Shown piece after piece: positions 1 to 10,580 of a stretch of DNA of 64,000 nucleotides; position 1 is the stretch's first letter, and each line of letters starts with the position of its first letter. The position numbers and the translations under genes were made by a program. Origin of the DNA: Lama guanicoe (Eukaryota). The notes beneath the pieces are model-generated. The model did no database searches and was not told the origin of the DNA. It worked only from the letters and a program-made list of their open reading frames with translations. Where the stretch lies: the NCBI GenBank assembly GCA_013239625.1, contig MU053911.1, forward strand, positions 300,132 through 364,131, written 5' to 3'.

Positions 1-310
1 TGTAATGCAAGTGCCTGACTGTACAGAAAGCCTCTGACGTCAAGGACATCTGTCCTGGATGCACACAGCTGCTACACAACTCGAGGAAGAGCCCAGCCAC
101 CCCACCCTGAGGATCCATCGCAGACAGTCTGGGGGCCGAAAATCGCTTGCTTGAGTGACCCCACTCTCCCCTTCCTATGTCTTAATTCTCACCTTATATT
201 TTAAATTCACCGATAAACAATGAACCTGCAACCCCCTAATCTGACCCCAATAAAGCAGAACCCCAGATCCCCTTCTCATTCATCCTCTCTCTCCTCCCCT
301 TTCTCTCTCA
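1..310 (+). mobile_element. ERV LTR-like fragment (family uncertain)
   Basis: AATAAA (249-254) followed by a CT-rich tract, as in ERV1-class LTR R regions. Truncated by the window edge. Confidence 0.4.
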
Positions 311-311
311 A

Positions 312-1540
312 ACCTATCAGTCATCACATTAATCATAATAAAATGCTCCAGTTATGAAACCGACAAAGGCTTGATCTCCAGAATATGTAAGCAGCTCATA
401 AGACTTAATAAGAAAAAAAAAAAACCCAATCCAAAAATGGGCAAAAGACCTAAACAAGCAATTCTCCAAGGAAGAAATACAAATGATTAATAGGCACATG
501 AAAAAATGCTCAATATCACTAATTATCAGAGAAATGCAAATCAAAACTACAATGAGCTATCATCTCACATCAGCCAGAATGGCTACCATTTAAAAGTCCA
601 CAAATGACAAATGCTGGAAAGGCTGTGGAGAAAAGGGAACCCTCCCACACGGCTGGTGGGAATGCAGTTTGGTGCAGCTGCTGTGGAAAACAGTATGGAG
701 ATTCCTCAAAAGACTAGGAATAGACTTACCATATGACCCAGGAATCCCACTCCTGGGCTTATATCCAGAAGGAAATCTACTTCAGGATTACACCTGCACC
801 CCAGTGTTCACAGCAGCCCTATTTACAATAGCCAAGACATAGAAACAGCCTAAATGTCCATCAACGGATGACTGGATAAAGAAGTGGTATATTTATACAA
901 TGGAATACTACTCAGCCATAAAAACCGACAACATAATGCCATTTGCAGCAACGTGAATGTTCCTGGAGAATGTCATTCTAAATGAAGTAAGCCAGAAAGA
1001 GAAAGAAAAATACCATATGAGATCGCTCATATGTGGACTCTAAAAAAAAAACCCAAAACATAAATACAAAACAGAAACAGACTCAAAGAGATAGAATACA
1101 AACTTGTGGTTGCCAAAGGGGCGGGGGTGGGAAGGGACAGACTGGGATTTCAAAATGTAGAATACATAAACAAGATCATACTGTATAGCACAGGGAAATA
1201 TATACAAGATCTTGTGGTAGCTCACAGGGAAAAAATGTGACAATGAATATATGTATGTTCACGTATAACAGAAAAATTGTGCTCTACACTGGAAATTGAC
1301 ACAACATTGTAAAATAACTATAACTCAATAAAAAAATGTTTAAAAAATGCTCCAGTTAGACACAAAGACTGACAGACTGATTTTTTTAAAAAAAGCAATG
1401 ATGTGATTTTTCAAAAACACGTCTAAAATACTAAGATCCAAAAAGGTCAAAAGCTAAAGAAAAAGACATAACCAGCAATTACTCAGAGGGAGGCTCCTAC
1501 AGTTGTACGAAGATAAAACAGACTCTAAGGCAAAAAAGAA
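312..1540 (+). mobile_element. old, degraded L1 ORF2 endonuclease-region fragment, split by a younger L1
   Basis: Joining 312-354 to 1359-1540 gives sequence resembling the start of L1 ORF2 (…atgctccagttagacacaaagactgacagactg…gactctaaggcaaaaa). Confidence 0.55.
355..1343 (+). mobile_element. 5'-truncated LINE-1 (ORF2 C-terminus + 3' UTR), lineage-specific
   Basis: Typical ORF2 C-terminal sequence, 3' UTR with AATAAA and A-rich end. Perfect 15-bp TSD AAAATGCTCCAGTTA at 340-354 and 1344-1358. Confidence 0.95.
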
Positions 1541-1552
1541 TCCCTGGGAGGC

Positions 1553-1672
1553 CGGGGAGGAGGGTGGATATAGCCCAGTGGTAGAGCGAATGCTTAGCAT
1601 GCATGAGGTCCTGGACCCCAGTACCTCTGTTAAATAAATAAATGAACCTAATTACCTCCCCTCTCCCCTCCA
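1553..1672 (+). mobile_element. tRNA-derived SINE (camelid Vic-1 type)
   Basis: A-box TAGCCCAGTGGTAGAGC, tRNA-like body, AT-rich (taaa)n tail and ctaattacctccc end. Imperfect flanking repeats aatcc(c)tggga. Confidence 0.9.
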
Positions 1673-2169
1673 AAAATCCTGGGAAACATGTCAATAAGTC
1701 TTTCTCCTCAAGAGAGTAAGATCAAAGTTTTTAACATGATCCTCAAAGCCCTTTATGATCTGGCTTCTGCCTGCAGCTCTGCTCTGAGACAATTAACAAA
1801 ATTGCTAATTAAGCAAATAAACAACTGCACAACTCCCCAAACGAGGCGCCCAAATCTGAGACACAGAAAGAAAAAATTAAGAAAATACGTGTGGAAGAAA
1901 CTGGAAGATGATTACCCCTTCTTTAACTCAAGGTTCAAGGTACACAATTGGCAGAAACGAGACTGAAGGAAGGAGTAAATTAACAGGTGGGTGACAAGAA
2001 GCATATCCGGACGGCCTAATGTCATCTAAAGGTGGCCCAGCGGCTTGGAAGCGGGGTGAGGAGAGGAAAATCCAGGCAAGCTCCGACCCTAGGAGAGACG
2101 CAGTGAGCACATATCGGCGTTGAGGGAGTTTTTCAGACACGAGAGGAAAACCTTAAAGCCCCTACTCAC

Positions 2170-2202
2170 CCAGACGGCTGCGGTCCGGACTCGGGTGGCC
2201 AT
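2170..2202 (-). CDS. ZNF268: first coding exon of a KRAB zinc-finger protein (MATRVRTAAVW); whole exon probably 2170-2251
   Basis: ATG at 2202, 11 codons, then donor GTGAGT (2169-2164). Upstream CTCAC branch point, pyrimidine tract and CAG acceptor (2253-2252). Peptide matches the human ZNF268 N-terminus as I recall it (MATRVRTASIW, 9/11); paralog ZNF26 (MATSFRTASCW) fits less well. Confidence 0.78.
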
Positions 2203-2614
2203 CCCCACGGCCAGCTGGGCGCGCCCTGCGCGGGGTGGCGGGACCACACGGCTGCGGGAGGAGAAAGAACGTGAGGGCACAGGTCTCCCCGCGCCCCCGC
2301 AGGAGGGGCCCGGCACCCGCCCGCCCCACGCCTGAGCCTCCTTCCCTCAAGCAGCCGCGGGGTTCCCGCCTCTGCCCCCCAACACACACGCGATCGGGTC
2401 AGGGCGGAAGAGGGGGCCCAGACTAGTCGGCAGCGTCCCGCCGCCTGGAAACTGGAGGGTCTCCCGCGAGCGGTTCCTCCAGTCCCTCGTGCGCAGCGCC
2501 GGGAATCGCAACCAGACCCGCTCGGTCCTCGCTCCTGACATGGCGGCGCCCGCTCCGGGTGCTTCGGGGACGGCCCGCGGGGCTACGAGGCCAGCCCACT
2601 CCAGCTCAGCTCAC

Positions 2615-2720
2615 CGCGACGGGAAGAGGACGCCGTCCGCCGGACGAGGCTCTCCCCGCCAGTGCCGGGCTGATGGCGCCCGCTAGCGACGCGCAGGAAA
2701 CAGTGCGACGCGAGGGCGGG
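2615..2720 (-). other. putative non-coding exon 1 of the KRAB-ZNF gene (5' end approximate)
   Basis: Donor CG|GTGAGC at 2614-2609 just downstream of the promoter motif cluster. TSS not determinable from sequence. Confidence 0.4.
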
Positions 2721-2723
2721 GCG

Positions 2724-2744
2724 AACTACCACTCCCAGAAGCCT
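2724..2744 (+). promoter_or_regulatory. ZNF143/THAP11 (ACTACA-SBS) motif
   Basis: AACTACCACTCCCAGAAGCCT closely matches the ACTACAnTCCCAGnATGC consensus common at KRAB-ZNF and bidirectional promoters. Confidence 0.75.
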
Positions 2745-3104
2745 CTGCGGGCGCTACCCCCGGCGCCGGGCGGCTCCAGCCGAGCGCTGCCGGAAGGGGG
2801 CGCTGCGGCGCGAAGCGCAGGCTCCCGGGCCCCATCCTGCGCTCGGGCACTAAACCAATCCCGAGAATCAGAAAACCGACCGAGGGAGCGCATCTCGGGA
2901 GGGGAATGAATTGAGTTAGAAGTGTGCTGAGGTTCCTGCTTTCCGAATGGTAGAAGCTCGAAATTACAGTTTAATGACGCAAAGATTCATTGCGTTATGT
3001 AAATGACATTTTTACGAAAGTTAAATTTATTTTCCGGAAGAAAAGGAGTGGCGTTCTTTTCCTACTTTGCGGGGGAGGGTCGGGGAGGAGGGCCTGTGGA
3101 GGAC

Positions 3105-4037
3105 TCTTGCAAGCGCCGGGCTTAATACAAAACAGCTAGATTCTCATATGTGCGTCTGCATTCAATATATTGCATCTTTGCTTCTGTGGAAGTACATTTT
3201 TTAAAAATCTGGCCTTACATAGGTATGTAGATGGAACAGGACAGGGTATTTTAATAGACTCAGATAATTGTGCATCTTCTTCCTAGTGAAAGCTGAACAA
3301 GGGATAGGTCAGTTGCAGTGTACGATCTGAAACCACACGGGCGAACTTCTATTATATTAAAATCCATTGGTCTACCTTGTACTTTGAATGGACAGTTTTA
3401 TCACGGATGATTTTGTAATGTCATGCATTGGTCATTATGAAAATGCTGGTTCGCTGACTAATGCAGATCCTCCAAATGTTGATACCTTTCATAATACAGT
3501 ATGAAAACTCGTATTCATTATTATCATGGATCTTAAGTTTTGGGAATCTATGTTCTCAGTGGCAGATACAAGATTTCCAAAATTCTGTTTTCACTTACAT
3601 TGGCAAAAAATGTTGTCTTTTGTTTTCCTTGAAGTGACAGCTCACTTGGTTGATTTTTGAGAAAAAGTCCTTTCATGCAAACCTCAACTCCCAGCTCAGA
3701 TCATCACACAAATACTTTTTCTGGAGACAGCTAAGGAATTTCACTGCAGCACATAATGTATGTTGCACAGATATTAAAAACACATGGCTCAAGAGATGAG
3801 ATGCAATAAAATTATTTTTCACTGTTCCATCGAGGACAACCAGAAGTGAAATTGGTCCTTCCCTTTTTTTTTTTTTAACTGTGAATGTGACAATGAAGAA
3901 CACAATGCCTACTAACAAGTACACTTTGGTGCTACCGCCCTGATGCATCTGAGTGCCCACAGATGCACCCCTATTGCTTTTGCACCATCAGTGCAAATTC
4001 ATCACAATGAGTGACGTCTGAAGTTTGGGAACACCAG
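3105..4037 (-). mobile_element. hAT DNA transposon relic (Charlie1/Charlie1a-like)
   Basis: Long stretches resemble the Charlie1 internal consensus (attaaaatccattggtcta…tgcattggtcatt…tgcagatc.tccaaatgttga…ttccttgaagtgacag). Confidence 0.8.
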
Positions 4038-4336
4038 TACTCATTGTAAAATTCTTTCAAATTTTCCATATCTTTCAAATTTTTCATAATAAAATATTGG
4101 AGGAAAATATTGTAGAAAAGGCAAACTTTTCAACGATTTGTGTAGGAAAATGAGATAGCTATACAATAACAGAAAAAAAGATTGCTGTCTCAGAATGCAT
4201 TTAAAATAAATCCTAAATAGATTAAATATTAAATGTGGAAAGGAAGGCTCTAAAAGTTTTAGGTTGAAAGGTAGAATTAGCATCCTTTGCACACTGATTT
4301 GTTAACCAATCTCTGTTATGTACTAAGGTCTCATGC

Positions 4337-4805
4337 TGTGTTAGTTTCCTCACTGCTGCAATAAACTTGGTAGCTTAAAACAACACAAATGTATCATCTT
4401 ACAGTTCTGAAGGTCAAGGTGCGACTCAGGTCTTACTGGGCTAAATCAAGGTGTTGGCAGGGCTGCGTTTCCCCTCTGGGGGCTCTTGGGGGAAGTTGTT
4501 TCCTCACCTTTTCCAAATTTTAGAGGCCACATTCATTTTCTGGCTCCCAGCCCCGCTCTTCCAGCTTCAAAAGCAGCAAGAGAGGATTGAGTCTCCTCAC
4601 ACCGCATCACTCTGGCCTCCTTTTCTGCCTCCCTTGTCCACTTTGAAGGGCTCATTAGGCACACCTGGACCATCCAAGCTACTCTTTCTATTTTCAGGTC
4701 TGCTGCTTAGCCAACTTAGTTCCCCTTTGCCAAGTAAGGTAATGTATTAATAGGTACCAGGATTAGGATGTGGACATCTTTCCAGAGCCATTATCTGCCT
4801 GCCAT
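4337..4805 (-). mobile_element. MaLR LTR (MLT1-type)
   Basis: tgtgttagtttcct…gcttaaaacaacacaaatgtatcatcttacagttctg…ggattaggatgtggacatcttt, the typical reverse-strand MLT1 pattern. Confidence 0.85.
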
Positions 4806-4896
4806 GTGTCTGTGAGTCTGTTTCCTGCCTCTTCGTTTTGTCCCATTGATATATGCCCATAATGGGCATCTGCAGATCTTTTCTGTAAAAGGCCAG

Positions 4897-5420
4897 TGTA
4901 TTAGTTTTCTAGGAGGGCCATGATAAAGTGCCAGAGGGCAGCTTAAACCACAGAACTGGATGTTTCCACAGTTCTGGAGGCTGAAAGTCAGAGATAAAGG
5001 TGGCAACAGAGTTGGTTTCTTCTCAGGCCTCCCTCTTTGGCTGGCAGGTGGCCATCTTCTCCCTGTGTCCTCACTTGGGCGTCCCGGTGTGCAGGTCAGT
5101 GTCCTAGTCTCCTCTTCTTACAAGGACACCAGTCGGATTGGATTAGGGCCCAACCTAATATCCTCATTTGTTATTTATTATTTTACTGATGTATGGGTAA
5201 TTTACAATGTCGTATTCATTTCAGGTGTTCAGCAAAGTGATTCAGTTACACATACACTATATATATATTCTTTTTCAGATTCTTTTCCATGATACATCTA
5301 ATATCCTCATTTTACCTTAAAATGTTTAAACTTCAAAGACCCTAAACAGTGACATTCTGAGTTATTGGGGATTAGGACTTCAATACAGGAATTTTAGGGG
5401 ACACAAGTCAGCCCCTAACA
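4897..5420 (-). mobile_element. MaLR LTR (MLT1A-type) interrupted by an L1 3' end
   Basis: TG…CA ends; tgtattagttttct…cagttctggaggctg…aaggacaccagtc…ggacttcaatac…cagcccctaaca. Confidence 0.85.
5170..5297 (-). mobile_element. short L1 3'-end insertion
   Basis: Artiodactyl-type L1 3' UTR with a perfect 15-bp TSD CTAATATCCTCATTT at 5155-5169 and 5298-5312. Confidence 0.9.
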
Positions 5421-6162
5421 ATCACCAGTAAACATGTTAGGGTTTGTGATGTCTACAGCCAGGAGGAAGTAAAAACAGCAGCTGGCCAAAAAAAAAAAAA
5501 AAAAAGGTCTGTCATAACTACTGAGCTCTGCCACTGTATCACAAAGGCAGGAATAGATAAAACTACATAAAATGAGCATGAATGTTCCAGTAAAACTTTA
5601 ATCACAAAAGCAGACAGCTGGCCAGATTTGGCCTGTTGTCCATTGTTTGCCAACTCCTGGTCCACACGGTGCTAATACAGCTTCTCTTGTTATTGTATCA
5701 TTAGAGCAAGCCTTGTAAGTAGTAGATCAAAACCCTTTTCCATTGTGGTCCTTCACAAAGGCCTTGGTTATTTTTAATCCTTTGGTCTTGCATGCACATT
5801 TGGGGCTCTGACTGCCAAGGTCCATGTAAAAGCCTTTGCCACCGAGGGTAGTATCGCTAAGATGTATTTCCACGGGACCCTGATCCAGTATGGCCTCATC
5901 TCCAGATCCATAACTAATTACATCTGCAGAGACCCTATTTCCAAATAAGGTCCCTTTCCTAGGTTCTGGGGGTCAGGACGTGGATAGAACTTTGGGGCAG
6001 ACCCCCATTCAACCCAGTACAGCAGCCCAGTTCCCAGACACCGGTCGAGGGCATATTTGCTGGCTGGCAGTGTTCCGTTTTCTGTGCAGAGGTGTCTTTG
6101 ATTTCTTGCTGCAACTCAGTGGGCAGAGGGGACACTACTGGCTGACCTTTTGGTCTTTCCAG

Positions 6163-6484
6163 GGACCTTGTCAAGGCATCCTCCCCGGGAGTGTGGAAGC
6201 ACGGCCAGGGCTCCCTGTACATACTCTATGCCTACCCCACAGTAGTCAGACACCTGCTCAGGCTGGGCATCCCCAACAGGCTGGAGGGGTCCCTGGACCA
6301 CTGCACCTTCCACCGCATTGACAGCCTGCCACGCTGTGTGCAGGCCTATGACCGTGGTGTGGACATGGACCTTACAGTCCTGCCGTGGACATCCCCACCC
6401 CACTAGCCCCCAAGAGGTCTGCTGGGAGGGGTGAGAAGCTGGCCATGAAGAAGACAGAGCTGGACCTAACCTCAGCAGATGTAG
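6163..6484 (+). pseudogene. orphan decayed coding exon of unidentified origin
   Basis: CTGAC branch point (6142), pyrimidine tract, AG (6161-6162). About 75 strongly GC3-biased codons (DLVKASSPGVWKHGQGSLYILYAYPTVVRHLLRLGIPNRLEGSLDHCTFHRIDSLPRCVQAYD…). Apparent 1-nt frameshift near 6383. AG|GCAAGT donor-like site at 6485. Confidence 0.55.
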
Positions 6485-6879
6485 GCAAGTATGGGGCTGC
6501 CCAGGTTGTGGGTGTCTGGGCTGTGAGGGCTCCAGCTTGAGGTGGCCACCCCTGCATGCAGCAGGGCTCACCTGGGGGGTCACCGCAGGGAGAACAGGCC
6601 TTTGGGTGATTTTCCAACTCTCCCCACTCCCAGACCCAGACCCACCCCCTGCCCCATTAACAGCCTTTAGATGGTGTTTCTCACCCAAACGCCTGCCCTG
6701 GGAGAGGGCTTTAACATTGCGTAGGGGTTGTTGACTGAAATAAATGCACAGAGGGCACCACCACTATAAGTGCCTGCAGAGGCTGGGCTGCAGGCTTGTC
6801 TTCATTGGGGGGGGGTGGCAGCAGTAGCTGATGACTTGATGGTTTCAGCATTCTATTGTTTACTGATATGGTCTGCAGT

Positions 6880-7920
6880 ATTTTTCTGTGCACACAGCAT
6901 TTATCACAATAGCAAAAGGTGGAAGCAACCTAAATTTCCATCAATGGATGAATAAACTAAATGTGATGTTCACACAATGGGACACTACATAGCCTTAACA
7001 ACTAAGGAATTATGACACATGCTGTAATGTGGATGAACCTTGAAGTCACTATGATACATGAAATAAGCCAGACACAGAAGGAAAAATGTTACATGATTCC
7101 TCTTATACAAGGTATCTAGAGAAGCCAAATTCAGGGACAGAAAGAATGTCATTGCCAGGGGCTGAGGGGAGTTAGTGTTTAATAGATACAGAATTTCACT
7201 TGGGGAAAATGTGTACATTCTGGAGACAGATGGTGAGATGCATGTGAGATTCCACGTACACCTCTCAAGCGAATAGTCTCCCTTTCCCCCAGCCCCATGA
7301 GGCTCCCGGAGCCAAGCATCCCCGGCCTTCAAAACCAGGTGTCCTGGGGTCTCCTTCTCCCGATGCCAGAACCCGAGCTGGGGAGCCTGACGTGGGGCCC
7401 AGAGCTCTCACTCCTGTGGGAGGGCCCCTGTGACACAACAAACCTTCAGCCTGTATGTCACCCACTCTAGGGGCACAGGGCCCAACTGTATCACGAGAAT
7501 ACTCCTCCTACCATCCTCTACGGTTCCCTCTTCACGTTTCCAGTTGCAGAAGATCTTTTTTGCTAGGTTCCAGGCCTTTTTTGATGGTTGTTTAGCCTTC
7601 AGTTGAGGTTTCGTTGTAGTCACGAGGAGAGGCAAGATCATGGTCTTACCACTCCGGCATCTTCAGGAATCGATTGGGTACAGAGTTTTACTTGGGGAAA
7701 ATGAATAACTTGTGGAGATGGATATTGAGGGCATTTTCACAGCAATGGAAATGTAGTTAATGCCACAAAACTGTATATTTTAAATGGTTTAAATGGTAAA
7801 TGTCATTTTATGCATTTTTAATCACAATGAAAAGTGTAAATGAAGCACTAATAAAACATGTTACTACTTGGATGAACATTGAAAACATTGTACGTGAAAG
7901 AAGCCATACAGAAGAGGCCA
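6880..7920 (+). mobile_element. old L1M 3' fragments flanking an inverted L1 5' UTR piece
   Basis: cacagcatttatcacaatagcaaaaggtggaagcaacc… and a second tgggtacagagtttt…aatggtaaat 3' UTR piece. Confidence 0.8.
7245..7665 (-). mobile_element. isolated L1 5' UTR fragment
   Basis: Reverse strand starts AAGATGCCGGAGTGG (YY1-like L1 5' start) and continues cccacaggagtgagagctctgggccccacgtcaggctccccagc, typical of laurasiatherian L1 5' ends. Confidence 0.75.
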
Positions 7921-8214
7921 TTGAGCTGCTGCTCATCTTGTGCGCTTCAAGTCCCTCAAGGTTTTGAAAACAAGGGAAAGTCTCAGCAAAGTTATCAGAA
8001 GAAGAAAACTGGATCAGAATGGGAAAAGATATTTTCATAAGTTGGGGCAATAGGGAAGGTTGAAATGGGCCTGAGAGTGCAATTACAAGGTGGAACCAGT
8101 AAACCTCCTTATTTGGAGCTTTGTGCTGGATCCCGAGGAGATTATCCCAGTCTGGGGTAAAATATACTGGAGAACTTTGTGTCAAATGTGAGTACTCTGT
8201 ACTGCTATTTAAAG

Positions 8215-8779
8215 TGTCAACAAAAATAATCAATAAACAATCAATAGTAAGAATAATAAAGGTTTATATTTGAGCCAAACTGAACACTAGCCTGCAGCCC
8301 GCCTCCCAGATGACTCTGAGGTGCTGCTCCAGAGAAGCAGGGTTTCCAACACAGTTTCATATCTTGTCAGAACAAAGAACATTAACAAGTCTGGGATCCA
8401 TTTCTTCAAGGTTTCAAAGAAAAGCAGGTCAGCACATTCACGGCGAATCAGCGTGGCCTCGGCATGTGGGAGGGGTCTCAGCGCCAGCTGAGTGCTAGGG
8501 TGGGTGTCCAAGGAATGGAGGCGTTTAATCTTTATTTTAAACATGGACATTCTTTACTTCTGGTCAACGTGCTCTTTTCTTTAATAATTAAAGAAGATAT
8601 ACAGTGCGTGTTTGATGGGCCGCAGACAGGCTGTTTTAGTTAGCATGAAATTCAAGGTCACTCATGGGTAAGCCAGAATGACTTCTCTTTATCTCAGTGT
8701 TAGCACTGCGACCTGGTAAAAAGGTCATTTCCACGGGCGTAAGTGTTCTCCTCAGTCTTAAACGCCCTATTTGTTTACA
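8215..8779 (-). mobile_element. solo ERV1-class LTR
   Basis: TG…CA ends, tttatatttgagccaaactga…ctgctccagagaagcagggttt pattern. Flanks aaag/aaaa (imperfect 4-bp TSD). Confidence 0.65.
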
Positions 8780-9334
8780 AAAAATTTGAAATAAAATAAT
8801 GACCTTTGAGGTAAAAGAACACAGTGTATTTATTTTTACAGTGAATTGAGTGCCCGGTAGCCGTCAGCGTCCAGGGCAGAAAATGAAGTCCATTCCCTAC
8901 ACGGAGGTTTGCACCGTGGAAGCAGCGAGTCTCACCAGTGCCCTGATTCCAGCACACTCAGTCGCGGGTAGTGGAACTTGGGCGCTCATTCTGTTCCTCC
9001 TCAACAAATGCCACATTTTACTACTTGGCTTCCACAAATAGAAACTCATTTTCAGTGTTAATTTAAAAAAAAAAAATATATTGTTAGTATTTTGTTCCTC
9101 TATTTCAGAGAAGTGAAAAATGACCACTGGCTCAGGAAATATCCGAGGATTTACTGTGTGCCTCCAACCCTCTCAGGCAGGGGAGTGAGATTAGGATGGC
9201 TGGAGCTTAGGAGGGTGGAGTGGAAACCATCAAATTTTCCTAGTGCTGTTTCAAGTTTATTTGCCAAAAGCTCAGAGGAAAAAAGCCTCTCTTCTATGTC
9301 CTTTTGTAAATATGCTTAGTCTTCCTTTGCTTTA

Positions 9335-9670
9335 TTAATGTCCTGGCTGAGCTAAAATAGCGCAATAAACAAGGAACACGTGTGAGGACTCCACATACTC
9401 CAGACAGTGACGACCCCCGTGGCAGAGGTCGAGGAGTGTGCACCGCAGAGCAGGTCCCAGTGTGAGGCGTGTGCTTTGCGGCCTGGTTGTGTCCCTAATG
9501 TGCTGCTGAATGTCCGGGTGGCTGTGGTCCTTTGTTTTCTTTAGGGAACAGCACCTAACCTGCAACATTGCTGTGCCATATTTTTGAAAGAATTTGAAGA
9601 TACAACCGGGAGAGTGACTAAAATGACTTAGCACAGAATCTAACAATACGAGAAGTGACCAGGAAGGGAG
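9335..9670 (-). pseudogene. candidate relic exon carrying an RGS-like domain (3'-most seen)
   Basis: Acceptor ccttctccccatatatcAG (9672-9671). Open frame LPSWSLLVLLDSVLSHFSHSPGCIFKFFQKYGTAMLQ…DIQQHIRDTTRPQSTRLTLGPALRCTLLDLCHG…LEYVESSHVFL follows RGS helix order. Confidence 0.45.
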
Positions 9671-10109
9671 CTGATATATGGGGAGAAGGCGTAAAGGCCC
9701 AGAAGAAAGGCCAAGAATGCCGGTGAGCAAGGGTCATGTCAAGATGAGAGCCCAAAGGATTTAGGTTATGTCAGGAAATGGGGCGTTCACTTCTCTTATT
9801 TGCAAAGCAGATTTGCTCCAGTGTAGACTGTGTCAAGCATGTGGCAAGATAACAGATGAGCAGTGGGACATGGAGGAGAAGGTCTTTGGTGACCAAGAGC
9901 TTAACACCCTAGGAAGGAGAATGCTGCGTGGAGACCCTGAAGTCAGTCAGAGGGTGGATGGTCATAGGGAAGGGACATGGACCATGACTCAAAGGAACAG
10001 TCTTCAGTGACTGAGGAGAAGGAATCAAAGATGAGGTGAGAGATGCAGATGAGACCACCAGGCTGCGCCCCTCCCTGCGTCCAAGCCAGCGGTGTCCCTA
10101 CATCCACAC

Positions 10110-10580
10110 CAGCAGTGATGGTAAACCTCCCCACCTCCCCGTCCAGAAGAGAAATCTCTTCCCCCCACCCCCGGAATCTATGTTGGTCCTGCTGCTGTGT
10201 CAGTGGGTGTGCGGAGTGTGGGGAGACGTGTGTGGAGCGTGGGCAAATGATACTTTGGAGCCTCAGCCTCGATAGTCTTGGCTGCCTCCAAAATTGTTCC
10301 CTCGTGGTTCTTCCCAGCACCTCTGAGCCAGCCCAGGCTGCTCTACCACACAGAGATGGAGACCACACAGAGCAGAAATATGCTGTCTCATCTGAGGGCA
10401 GCCTGGTCTAGCCAGCCCTCAGGCAACCTGGAGGCAGGAATAGTCCAGCTGAGACCAGAAATAAAACCCAGTGGAGCACAATCCAAATTGCCGCCCTGCA
10501 GAATTATGAGTTGTGTACATAGTGGTTGTTTTAGGCCATTAAGGTTTAAGTCAGTTTGTTAATCAGCAAAAGCTAACATG
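10110..10580 (+). mobile_element. MaLR LTR (MLT1E/F-type)
   Basis: Ends tgcagaattatgag…gttgttttaggccattaaggttt…gtttgttaatcagcaaaagctaac. Confidence 0.75.

Larger units (their letters stand above)
2000..2910. promoter_or_regulatory. CpG-island promoter of the minus-strand KRAB-ZNF gene
   Basis: Very GC- and CpG-rich. GC box at 2714-2721, ETS-like CCGGAAG at 2790-2796, CCAAT at 2855-2859, YY1-like CATGGCGGC near 2539. Confidence 0.9.
4863..5659. mobile_element. MER58-like hAT MITE interrupted by an MLT1 LTR
   Basis: ttttctgtaaaaggccag (to 4896) resumes after 5420 and ends gatttggcc…gtttgccaactcctg. Confidence 0.75.

Noticed and set aside
1565..1625. tRNA-like sequences (also 25410-25480 and 38205-38277)
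   Set aside because: They are SINE heads with AT-rich tails and flanking repeats, not intact tRNA genes.
2089..2909. Multiple overlapping Arg/Gly/Pro-rich ORFs
   Set aside because: Expected in a CpG island because stops are rare; only the 11-codon exon is supported.
6116..6688. 190-aa minus-strand ORF
   Set aside because: Antisense shadow of the GC3-rich plus-strand pseudo-exon.
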